The notes beneath the pieces are model-generated. The model was not told the origin of the DNA. It did no database searches and saw nothing but the letters and a program-made list of their open reading frames with translations. Shown here piece after piece: positions 1 to 9,100 of a stretch of DNA of 61,603 bases. The DNA is taken from NCBI GenBank assembly GCA_020047755.1, contig JAIFNL010000144.1:1-61603 (forward strand). The letters are read 5' to 3'. This stretch comes from Bacteroidota bacterium (lineage in GTDB: Bacteria; Bacteroidota; Bacteroidia; Bacteroidales; JAIFNL01). Position numbers and translations under genes: made by a program. The stretch's first letter is position 1, and every line of letters starts with the position of its first letter.

Positions 1-20
1 AAATGATGGATTTTTTTATT

Positions 21-1145
21 TTATAAACTATGCAAAACCACCAACCGAAACCCCAAATAGCTGAACCTGTAATCGGGATTCCAATTGTAGCGATAAGCAA
101 CACGGCAATAAGTAGCGAAGTAGTTCCAACTACCGCCACGACTGACGCGGTAAGAGCTAGAATTATCAATCCATGCAGAACCATTTTTCGGTGCATTTTC
201 ATAATTACTGTGCCAAGTATCCAAGCACCATTCCCACACATTGCCGCTCATGTCGTAAATGCCCAATGAATTTGCTTTTTGGGCTGTGCCAACTTCATGG
301 GTTATGCTATTTGAATTTGAACTATACCATGCATAATCTTTCAAATCTTTTTCATTGTTTGTTCCTGCCCATTTTGTGCGATTACTTGCACCGCCTCCGG
401 CAGCATATTCCCATTGGGCTTCGGTGGGTAAGCTGTATTTTTTTCCGGTTTTTTGGCTTAGCCAAGTGCAATATTCATTGGCATCGTTCAAACTTACATG
501 AATTACAGGATGATTGTAATCGCTCAAAGGTCGCTGATTTCCGGCTACATCACACTTCCAATTTACACCTTTTTTATTTTTCCATTCTCCGTTTTCATAA
601 ACATAACTTTCCCCTGATTTATCGGCATCGGTTTTATAATTTGTTTCTGATATAAATTGTTCAAATTCAGATACTTTTACTTCGTATTTTCCTATGTGAA
701 AATCGGAAAGGCTTACTTCGTGAGTGGGTTTTTCATCGTCAGGACCTTCGTTACTTCCCATAGTAAAAGTGCCGCCTTTTACAAAAACCATTTCGGGCTG
801 TTCAAAAAGTTTGTTTACGGTAACTTTAAATACAAACTTGTCGCCATCTAATCGGTTGCGGTCGCTAAGCACTTGCCAAGTAATTGTGTTTTTGTTGTTG
901 GCAAGGCGTATGTTTTCGCCTACTGCACCGCTCAGGGTTTTGGGAATTATAGCAAAAGAGCTTCCTTCATTGTTGGAACAAAGCACTTGTACATCAAATC
1001 GGTGGTTGCTTTGCACGCCACGCATATAAAAGTCAATCAGCACCTTAGAGCCTTCTTGTCTAAATGTGGTACTTTCCAAAGTTTGTGCAAGCAAAGTGCT
1101 AACAACTAGCACACTAAACACTAAAAAAGAGAAGAGTTTTTTCAT
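21..1145 (-). CDS. Exported FGE-sulfatase / SUMF1-family domain protein with an N-terminal beta-sandwich domain
   Basis: Signal peptide MKKLFSFLVFSVLVVSTLLAQT. The C-terminal ~260 aa carry FGE-family hallmarks: MVFVKGGTFTMGS, NWKCD, WEWCLDTW, RVSRGGSWNY and LGFRLV. The ORF track starts 4 codons upstream (1157); the ATG at 1145 gives a cleaner signal peptide. Confidence 0.8.
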   Translation of the reverse strand: MKKLFSFLVFSVLVVSTLLAQTLESTTFRQEGSKVLIDFYMRGVQSNHRFDVQVLCSNNEGSSFAIIPKTLSGAVGENIRLANNKNTITWQVLSDRNRLDGDKFVFKVTVNKLFEQPEMVFVKGGTFTMGSNEGPDDEKPTHEVSLSDFHIGKYEVKVSEFEQFISETNYKTDADKSGESYVYENGEWKNKKGVNWKCDVAGNQRPLSDYNHPVIHVSLNDANEYCTWLSQKTGKKYSLPTEAQWEYAAGGGASNRTKWAGTNNEKDLKDYAWYSSNSNSITHEVGTAQKANSLGIYDMSGNVWEWCLDTWHSNYENAPKNGSAWIDNSSSYRVSRGGSWNYFATYCRVAYRYNWNPDYRFSYLGFRLVVLHSL

Positions 1146-1292
1146 AAAACAAACCATTGATAACTAAAAACTCAAAAGTAAATAAATTCCACAATTAACA
1201 AAAAAAATAATTTAATGTTTGATAGCGTAACTTAAGAGTAACCGAAATTCTAAGAAAAGTAAAATTACGCAATTTCCCAAATTCTAATAACA

Positions 1293-1324
1293 AATTGTTA
1301 CATTGTTAAATTGTTAAATTGTTA
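1293..1324. repeat. Tandem array of four 8-bp units AATTGTTA (one unit is CATTGTTA)
   Basis: Read directly: aattgtta cattgtta aattgtta aattgtta. It is the inverted counterpart of the array at 1523-1562. Confidence 0.85.
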
Positions 1325-1439
1325 TTTTATCATTAAAAATTGAAAAAAATACAATTTTAGCAAACTTTTTCAAAAAAATCTCCTTTTTTTTACACTACCA
1401 AATGTTTAAGGGGTTTTGTTTTTTTTTAATGAAATAATG

Positions 1440-1499
1440 AAAAAAAGAATCCTAAATCGTTCATCGTACAATATTATTTTGTATTTTTGTAAAAAAAAA
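1440..1499 (+). repeat. 60-bp direct repeat, copy 1 (upstream of the TA cassette)
   Basis: aaaaaaagaatcctaaatcGttcatcgtacaatattattttgtatttttgtaaaaaaaaa matches 2283-2342 at 59 of 60 positions. It contains tatttttg, which fits the Bacteroidota -7 consensus TAnnTTTG, at 1482-1489. Confidence 0.9.
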
Positions 1500-1522
1500 T
1501 CATTTTTTAGTAACTAAAATTA

Positions 1523-1562
1523 CAATTTAGCAATTTAGCAATTTAACAATTTAGCAATTTGA
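1523..1562. repeat. Tandem array of five 8-bp units CAATTTAG (variants CAATTTAA and CAATTTGA)
   Basis: Read directly. The reverse complement reads AATTG(C/T)TA in tandem, which is the same 8-mer as 1293-1324 in inverted orientation. Confidence 0.85.
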
Positions 1563-1634
1563 ATTAAAATTTTTAGCTAATTATCAAATTACGCTATCAA
1601 CTACTTATAATTCAATCAACAAAAAAAATATTCG

Positions 1635-1859
1635 ATGAAACATATTGATTATTTGATAAAAGAAATAGATATTTTGCCTAAAAACGAATTGCTCTTTTTA
1701 TGGGAAACCCTGCAAAAAAAGATGCAAGCATCGTTGAAAAAAGCAAACCCGCAACCCGAAAAACGACCATTTGCCCTTTGCCAAGGCGAATTTAACGTTT
1801 CGAGTGCCTTCTTCGAACCACTTCCGAGCGAATATTTTGATTTATTTGAGGGCAGATAA
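1635..1859 (+). CDS. Putative antitoxin partner of the downstream PIN toxin
   Basis: 74-aa ORF ending 11 bp before the PIN gene. The acidic and aromatic C-terminal tail (FFEPLPSEYFDLFEG) is typical of small antitoxins paired with VapC-type toxins. Family not identified. Confidence 0.55.
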   Translation: MKHIDYLIKEIDILPKNELLFLWETLQKKMQASLKKANPQPEKRPFALCQGEFNVSSAFFEPLPSEYFDLFEGR

Positions 1860-1870
1860 ATAACTAAAAT

Positions 1871-2254
1871 ATGAATTATATTATCGATACTTCCATTTTT
1901 TTATGGTATATTTCGGGCGACAGCAGTTTAACGAAGAAGCATATTGAAATTATTCAAAATAAACAAAATACAATTTACTTGAGCGTAGCCTCAATATGGG
2001 AAGCTACTGTAAAACAAACAATTGGCAAATTAAATTTGCCACATAAAGCTGCATTTTATTTACCCGAACAGCGGGTAAAGCACAAAATATTATCGTTGCC
2101 TATTACCGAAGATGCATTATCGGAATTGCACAATTTGCCCGATATTCACAAAGACCCTTTTGATAGAATCATCATTTGCCAAGCATTAGCTAATGGCTAC
2201 ACAATTTTAACCAGCGATGGCTTAATCAAAAAATATTCTGTCGAAACGATTTAA
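1871..2254 (+). CDS. vapC: PIN-domain toxin (VapC-type type II TA toxin)
   Basis: 127 aa. Acidic PIN signature positions: IIDTS (N-terminal Asp), IWEAT (Glu), DPFDRII and LTSD near the C-terminus. Size and gene pairing fit VapBC. Confidence 0.8.
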   Translation: MNYIIDTSIFLWYISGDSSLTKKHIEIIQNKQNTIYLSVASIWEATVKQTIGKLNLPHKAAFYLPEQRVKHKILSLPITEDALSELHNLPDIHKDPFDRIIICQALANGYTILTSDGLIKKYSVETI

Positions 2255-2282
2255 CGATAAACGTTTTTTTATACTATTCATT

Positions 2283-2342
2283 AAAAAAAGAATCCTAAAT
2301 CATTCATCGTACAATATTATTTTGTATTTTTGTAAAAAAAAA
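2283..2342 (+). repeat. 60-bp direct repeat, copy 2 (downstream of the TA cassette, 45 bp upstream of the caspase-like gene)
   Basis: 59/60 identical to 1440-1499. The TAnnTTTG-like box tatttttg at 2325-2332 lies 55 nt before the ATG at 2387. Confidence 0.9.
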
Positions 2343-2386
2343 CAAACCTACTTATTTCTTTTTTTCTTGAAAATACCGAAAAAACC

Positions 2387-3481
2387 ATGAAAAAATTGTT
2401 TACTCTCTTTGTATTTGTGTTGTGTGCCTTTGGTGTTGAGGCGCAGCAATCGGCAGTTACGCCTGTGGGCGAAATCCATATTTTTGACGATGCACAGCCT
2501 GTGGTAGATACAAAAAAACCGGTAATAACTTTTGCACACGCCAAAAACATGACCGTAACCAGCAACAAATTTACCATCAAAGGCACGGCAAGCGATGAAA
2601 ACGGCATTAGTACGGTTTTTTTGAGTGGCGATATGAAAAATTATGTAGAAGCTTCGGCTTTTGATTTTGAAGTAGATTTGAAAGTAGGCGAAAATAAATT
2701 TACCATAAAAGCCAAAGATACACAAAACAACGAAACCATCGAAAATCTGACCATTTACTATCAAATAGAGCGCAAAGATTATGCCTTGTTATTTTACGTA
2801 AGCGATTACGGTGGCGGCACCAAAGATTTGAAAGGCACAAAAAGCGATGCTTTGGAATTGGCAAAAGTATTAAAAGAAAATTATGGCTTTGAAACCGAAG
2901 TGTGTGCCAATTTCACAGCCACCGAAATGGAAGAAAAGGTAAAAAAGTATGCAAAAAAGCAATACAACAACAACGACCAACTGCTGATTTACTATTCTGG
3001 TCATGGTAAAATAGATGAAGCGTTTAACGAAGGCGCGCTTCTCTGCTACAAAAACACTGAATTTACACACGATGACTTTATAAAATATGCCGATGGCAAC
3101 AAGACAAGTAGCTGCAATCATATTTTAATAGTCATGGACGCTTGCTTTAGTGGCTTAGCTCTGGATAAATTAGATATAGAAAACACCACAAACTACAAAC
3201 CTACGGCAGAAGAATATCTAAACGAATTACTTAGCGAGCAAGTGTGCCGCAAGGTGCTAACTTCGGGCGAAGGTGTAAGCAACACCGGAATAGACGAAGG
3301 GCTATCGGAATTTACCCAAAAATTTATCAAAAGCCTCAAGGAAAACAGCGGAAAATACCACAACATCATTTCGTACAAAGAAATAATTAAGCCTTTAGAG
3401 GACAACTATCCCAACTTAAAAGGAGGTAAATTTAGCAACGACAATTACAACAGTAATTTTATTTTTATTCGCAAAGAGTAA
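2387..3481 (+). CDS. Exported caspase-like (peptidase C14 / orthocaspase) protein with an N-terminal Ig-like domain
   Basis: Signal peptide MKKLFTLFVFVLCAFGVEAQQ. Catalytic dyad contexts are LLIYYSGHG (His206) and ILIVMDACFSG (Cys253), with the spacing expected for the caspase/hemoglobinase fold. Confidence 0.8.
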   Translation: MKKLFTLFVFVLCAFGVEAQQSAVTPVGEIHIFDDAQPVVDTKKPVITFAHAKNMTVTSNKFTIKGTASDENGISTVFLSGDMKNYVEASAFDFEVDLKVGENKFTIKAKDTQNNETIENLTIYYQIERKDYALLFYVSDYGGGTKDLKGTKSDALELAKVLKENYGFETEVCANFTATEMEEKVKKYAKKQYNNNDQLLIYYSGHGKIDEAFNEGALLCYKNTEFTHDDFIKYADGNKTSSCNHILIVMDACFSGLALDKLDIENTTNYKPTAEEYLNELLSEQVCRKVLTSGEGVSNTGIDEGLSEFTQKFIKSLKENSGKYHNIISYKEIIKPLEDNYPNLKGGKFSNDNYNSNFIFIRKE

Positions 3482-3532
3482 TTCGTAAATTAAAAAAAGA
3501 AGCAAATTATTTCCATTCAATCCAACTTGCAA

Positions 3533-3928
3533 ATGACCAACAAATTGCCCGATAATTACATTCAAACCTTTGCCGATTTAAAAGAGCGAATAAAACAGGC
3601 TCAATACAAAAGTCTGGTATCGGTAAACTCGGAAATGGTGTTAGCTTACCTCGATATTGGCAAAACCATTTCAGAAAAAACCAAAATAGGCTGGGGAACT
3701 TCGGTAATCGAAAAACTATCGAGAGATTTACAAGCCGAATTTGTGGGCATGGCTGGACTCTCAGAAAGAAATTTGTACCGTATGAGATTGATTTATGAGC
3801 ATCTAGCAAAAAATCAAATTTCGCCACAGCTTGTGGCGAAATTACCTTGGAGTCATACCGAAGTTATTTTCAGTAAGTTAAAAAACAAAGAGGAACAAGT
3901 TTTTTTTAAGCCAATTTTGATAGCATAA
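3533..3928 (+). pseudogene. Truncated DUF1016 (YhcG-like) gene: N-terminal domain only, PD-(D/E)xK nuclease half missing
   Basis: The translation matches the DUF1016 N-terminal pattern: QAQYKSLVSVNSEMVLAYLDIGK, WGTSVIEKLSRDLQAEF, SERNLYRMRLIYE, LPWSHTEVI. It stops at about 130 aa, whereas family members run about 340 aa. The next gene starts 30 bp later. Confidence 0.65.
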
Positions 3929-3958
3929 CAAACAGATTTTCTTTTTAACCAATTGAAT

Positions 3959-4921
3959 ATGAAAAAAATATACATTTTATTGATAATCAGCTTTTTTATA
4001 ACGCAATTTGCCTTTTCGCAAACCGAATTTAGTGCAGAAAACAAACAAGCTTTTGAAAAAAAACTTTCCGAAATGGGTTTGTTGCAAACACTCAAACTAA
4101 AGGAACTAAAGCAAGAAAAAGGAATTTACTATTTTCGGTTGCAATTAATAGCTGAAAATCAAGACGAAAGCAACGCCGCGTGGACAAGCATGAAAGCGGT
4201 TTTTGGCAAAGAAAAAAACGTATCCTTGCCCGAATATCTGTATTTTTTCTTTATTGGTTGGTTTGAAATTCCCAATCCGCAAAATGTTTTGCTCGAAATA
4301 CGCCACTCGTACCTAACCCAAGAATGTCCGTTTGTGCAATATTATTTTGATGACAAAACAAACGATTTTGTATTGAACGAAACCTTATGCAAAGCCGAAA
4401 TTTCAGAAACCATCAACCTAAACGAATTGAGCTTTTTGACCGAAAAATATGTTCTGGAAAACAAAAAAATTTCAAAAGAACTAATTTACGAAAAACTACT
4501 CAAACGTTTCAAAGAAATTTATGCCAACGGAAAAGGTTTTGAGAAAAAAAGCACAGCGAAGTTTGTTCCAACCTACCGCAAAGGCGCAGATTCATTAACC
4601 TTTGAAGTGAAAAATTTGCAAAAGGAAGTACTAACGCAAGCTGGCGAAAATTTTGTTTACACTATGCTCACTTTTTTAACAGGCGAAACGTATTTGCCTT
4701 TTGAACATTTAAAATTTTCGATAATTTACAACATCGAAAAACAAGAAATAAAAGTAAAAGTAATAGGCAGATACGGCTCCGGCTTGCATGGCAACAAAGA
4801 ATGGAGCGAAATGACAGATATGGACAAAGGATTTCCGGTTTTTATCAGTAACTATTTGAAAAACAAAATAATGCCCGAAATAATACGTACCATAACCAAC
4901 GATACAAATTACGGACAATAA
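3959..4921 (+). CDS. Hypothetical exported protein
   Basis: Long ORF with signal peptide MKKIYILLIISFFITQFAFSQ. No recognised family. Confidence 0.5.
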   Translation: MKKIYILLIISFFITQFAFSQTEFSAENKQAFEKKLSEMGLLQTLKLKELKQEKGIYYFRLQLIAENQDESNAAWTSMKAVFGKEKNVSLPEYLYFFFIGWFEIPNPQNVLLEIRHSYLTQECPFVQYYFDDKTNDFVLNETLCKAEISETINLNELSFLTEKYVLENKKISKELIYEKLLKRFKEIYANGKGFEKKSTAKFVPTYRKGADSLTFEVKNLQKEVLTQAGENFVYTMLTFLTGETYLPFEHLKFSIIYNIEKQEIKVKVIGRYGSGLHGNKEWSEMTDMDKGFPVFISNYLKNKIMPEIIRTITNDTNYGQ

Positions 4922-4965
4922 AATAAACAGTCCTAAAACAAGTTTTTAAAACTCAAAAAAAAACG

Positions 4966-5403
4966 ATGAAAGAAACACGATTAAAAACAATCATTTTTGT
5001 ATTTATGCTCATCGCCAAAATAGCTACTCTGCTGGCTATTTTGGTAGAATACGCAACCGATGGACTCGAAAAAAGCGAAATGTTTAGTTCTATTGCGCTT
5101 ATAATGCCACTTTTTACAGTTTATTTGAGTGTTATTATCAAAGATTTGATGGACAATCCATACAAAGAAAACAAAGAAATAAAATACGTAAAAACATCTA
5201 TTAGTGTACTTGCATTTGTTGTTTTTCCGCTGTATGCACTGGCTATTATTTGGCTGGTTGTTTTGGCAGGAAGCGGCAAAATAAGCGGCGAAGAGTTGCA
5301 ACCTTATTTAGGCATCATCGAAAGCATTTTTGGCATTTACGTGGGGCAAATTATACTAACTCTTTTTGGAAATAAAGAAACAAAAATAAAAACTGCTGTT
5401 TAA
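4966..5403 (+). CDS. Hypothetical small integral membrane protein (about 4 TM helices)
   Basis: Four hydrophobic segments in 145 aa. No recognised family. Confidence 0.5.
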   Translation: MKETRLKTIIFVFMLIAKIATLLAILVEYATDGLEKSEMFSSIALIMPLFTVYLSVIIKDLMDNPYKENKEIKYVKTSISVLAFVVFPLYALAIIWLVVLAGSGKISGEELQPYLGIIESIFGIYVGQIILTLFGNKETKIKTAV

Positions 5404-5433
5404 TTCTTAACTCACAATTAACTGCCAATACTC

Positions 5434-6036
5434 TTGTTTACAGACCAATACAAAACAATAAAAACAGCTTCGGAGGGTTTTTATAAAGACAAAGCCAGTA
5501 AATTCTACTCCTTTGCATTTCCGGTAGAAACCGAGGAGGAGATAAACGAGCATCTGAAAGAACTGCGCAAACGCTTTTTCGATGCTCGCCACCATTGCTA
5601 CGCTTGGCGTTTGGGTGCCGAAAAAACGCATTTTAGAGCCAACGACGATGGCGAGCCTTCAAACTCGGCAGGTGCGCCTATTTTGGGGCAAATCCGCTCG
5701 TTCGATTTAACCAATATTTTAATTGTAAATGTACGCTACTTTGGAGGCACGCTTTTAGGCGTAAGTGGCTTAATCAATGCCAACAAAACCGCCGCCGCCG
5801 AAGCCATAAAAGCCGCCGAAATAATAAACAAAACCGTAAATGCACTACTTTCGTTTTCCTTTGACTATATAGAAATGAATGATGTAATGAAAATAATCAA
5901 AGATGAAGACTTAAAGCCTATAAATCAAACCTTTGGCAATAATTGCTCCATGCAATTGAGCATACGCCTTGCGCACATAAACAAGGTAAAAGAACGGCTT
6001 TTGAAAGTAGAAAGTTTGGTTTTTGAACAAGAATAA
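5434..6036 (+). CDS. yigZ: YigZ / IMPACT-family protein (UPF0029)
   Basis: Family pattern YKTIK...KASKFYSFAFPV, ARHHCYAWRLG, NDDGEPSNSAGAPIL, VRYFGGTLLG. The start appears to be TTG, so the exact start is uncertain. Confidence 0.8.
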   Translation: MFTDQYKTIKTASEGFYKDKASKFYSFAFPVETEEEINEHLKELRKRFFDARHHCYAWRLGAEKTHFRANDDGEPSNSAGAPILGQIRSFDLTNILIVNVRYFGGTLLGVSGLINANKTAAAEAIKAAEIINKTVNALLSFSFDYIEMNDVMKIIKDEDLKPINQTFGNNCSMQLSIRLAHINKVKERLLKVESLVFEQE

Positions 6037-6185
6037 TGCACTTTTTTAGCTCCTAAAATTTATCAATAATTCAAAATTATTTTTTATTTTTGAAAGAATT
6101 ATTTCAAAAATAATATACAAAATAAAAAAAAGTTGTATATTAGCAAAAAAAACGTTGGTATTTTATTACGAAAAATAAGAGTACT

Positions 6186-9100
6186 ATGAAAGAGACAAGC
6201 TTAAAGAAATCAGATGTTTTCATTTCTTACGGACGTAAAGAAAGTAAAAATTTTGCTGCAAAATTGCACAACAAACTAAAAGAAAAAGGTCTCGAAGTTT
6301 GGTTTGACCAAAATGATATTCCATTAGGTATTGATTTTCAGGAACAAATAGACAATGGAATAGAAAAAGCAGAAAATTTTATTTTTATTATTGCTCCGCA
6401 CGCCATCATGTCTGAATTTTGCTTGAAAGAAATCGTTTTAGCCTTAAAATGCAACAAGCGAATTATTCCTATTTTACACATCGAGCCTAGCACAAAAGAA
6501 GTTTGGGATAAATTACACCCCGCAATTGGCAAAATTAACTGGGTGTATATGCGTGAAAAACAAGATACTAGCAAGCCACTAAACGAATGGGAATCCATCG
6601 ACGATTTCGAAAAAGCTTTTGTTGGGCTTTGGGATTTGCTCAATTTTCACAAAGAATATGTATCGAAACATACCGAAATACTAATAAAAGCACTCGATTG
6701 GAAACATAATAAAAAGAAAGATGAATTTTTGCTAATAAACGACGAGCGAACAGATGCCGTAGAATGGCTAAATACCAAGTTTGAAAAAACACAACCTCCT
6801 TGTTTGCCGTCAGATTTGCACTGCTCGTACATTTGCGAAAGTACCAAATTTGCATTCAACGGTTGGACTGAAATTTTCTTTTCATACGTGCGCAAAGACC
6901 TCGAAATACTTGACAAAATACGTGAAGCTCTTGAACGAGAAGCTCTTACTACTTGGTTTGATAGTAGCGATTTGAAAACAGGCGTAAAATTTTCGGGTGC
7001 CATCAACAAAGGAATTGAGCAAGCCGACAATCTTATTTTTCTAATTTCGCCCGAATCTATTGTTTCAGAATACTGCCTGCAAGAGCTCGACTATGCCCTG
7101 AAATTAAATAAACGGATAATTCCGCTTTTGATAAAAGAAACGGATATAAATGCAATTCCAGAATCGCTCAAAAAACTGCAATTTCTTAATTTGATTGAAA
7201 AAAATGTAGAAGTAAAACCCAAAGAATTAACTCCTTTTCAAGAAAATATGAACAGCCTTATCCGACAAATAAACCTGGATAAGGATTATATTTATTTGCA
7301 CAAAAAATTATTATCTTTAGCTTTAAAATGGAAAAAACACAACGAAAATCACAGCATTCTTTTGCGAGGTTATTCGCTCGAAAAAGCTGTTAATTGGCTA
7401 AATGCCGGAAAAAAAAGAGAGATAAACCAACCCATAGAATTGCACGAGGAGTTTATCAATGCAAGTATGAAATACAACGAAGATGCTTCTTCGTTCGATT
7501 TGTTTGTGAACTTTTCGCCCAACAATACCGACTACTTGCGCCAACTTTGGAACGAAATGCACACATTCGACAAATCGGTTTGGGTGGACAAAGACCATCT
7601 TGATTTACAAAGCGACGAAGCAATGCAACATCAAGTTTTAATGGACGGAATTCAAAAATCGGAAAATTTTTTATGCATCATTACCCCAGATTTGCTAAAA
7701 GATGAGAAATTAATACACAATATCGAAACTGCCGAAAAACAAAACAAGCGAATCATTAGCTTATTATTTGACGATTTAGAACCAACTCAAATTTTACCCG
7801 AAAATTTAAATAAAATAGTAATCGATTTCAATAGAAAACGAGTTGATTTCAACGCTGCTTGTGTCGATTTGGCACGAATATTAAATACCGACCGTGAGCA
7901 CGTACAGCAACATACTAAATGGTTGCAAAAATCACTGGATTGGCAAAAAGATAAAGATGCCGGAAAACTTTTGAGAGGTGTCGATTTTATTTTAGCAAGC
8001 AATTGGATAGAGGAAGCAGTAGAACAAAACAAATCACCCAAAGTTACAGACTTACAAACTGACTTTATTGAAGCAAGTAAGCAAGCACTTGATGCCGAAG
8101 CTCGCAAAAAGAAAAGAGTACAAGTAATGATGAAAGTGGGCTTGGTAGCTATTAGTATTTTGTTGGTAATAGCCATATTTGCAGGTGCTTACGCACTCAA
8201 GCAAACGCTCATAGCCAATCATAATTTAAAAATAGCAAAATCGAACAATCTCATTTTTTCGTCAAAAGAAATGGAAGTAAAAGACCCAACAATTGCTTTG
8301 GGAATAGCCATTGAAGCTCGAAAATTATATGAAAATGAGAATGTTGAAAATACTCTCCTGGCTATTTACAGCAAACACGTTTTTTATAAAATTGCAGCAC
8401 GACATGAATCGACCATTAACTCGGTTGCCTTTTCGCCCAACGAAGACCGTTTCATTACAGGAGCTGACGATAACAGCATGGCAATTTGGGATTTTTCAGG
8501 CAAATTAATCAACAAACAATCTTTGCACGATGCTCCGATTTCGTGTGTAAAATATTCGCCTAGTGGAAAAATAATTGCATCGGGTTCGCTCGATGGAAAA
8601 ATTATTTTGTACGACAAAAATGGTAACAAAAAAATGATAATTGAAAAAATAAAGCAGGATATTACTAGTATCGATTTTTCACCCAACGAACAATTTTTGG
8701 TTTTAGGAACAAATTTAGGCTTTATAGGTACTTACAATTTAGCAACCGATTCGCTTTATACATGGGAAGCTCACTCGCGTGCAATTAGATGTGTAACATA
8801 TTCATCTGACGGCAATTATATAATCAGTGGGTCAAACGATAAAACCGCCAAAGTGTGGGACTTGAATGGAAAAAAGAAACTAACCTTCGAAAAACATATC
8901 GAAAGTGTTACTTCCTTAGCCACTTCGCCCAATAGTCGCTACATTTTGAGCGGCTCAGGCGACAATACGGCTATGCTTTGGGACTTAAAAGGCAAAGTAT
9001 ATGCCCAAATGAAAGGACACGAAAACTGGATAAATTCAGTGCGATTTAGCACTCACGGCACACGTTTAATTACGGGTTCTGATGACGGAACTGTTTGTAT

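Noticed and set aside
30-1109. Plus-strand ORFs (30-269, 173-655, 657-851, 724-1029, 873-1109) overlapping the FGE-domain gene
   Set aside because: They lie antisense to a gene with strong family motifs. Their translations are low-complexity and rich in Cys/His/Phe, with no signal or domain pattern. These are typical shadow ORFs of AT-rich DNA.
1293-1562. CRISPR array
   Set aside because: The units are 8 bp and directly abutting with no spacers, and no cas genes are present. They are microsatellite-like tandem repeats, not CRISPR.
1440-2342. Insertion sequence or transposon delimited by the 60-bp repeats
   Set aside because: The repeats are direct, not inverted, and the enclosed genes are a TA pair with no transposase. 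I kept this as a duplication/recombination scar finding rather than calling a mobile element.
2317-2764. Minus-strand ORFs 2317-2607 and 2348-2764 opposite the caspase-like gene start
   Set aside because: They are antisense to a well-supported CDS and span its promoter region. No recognisable features.
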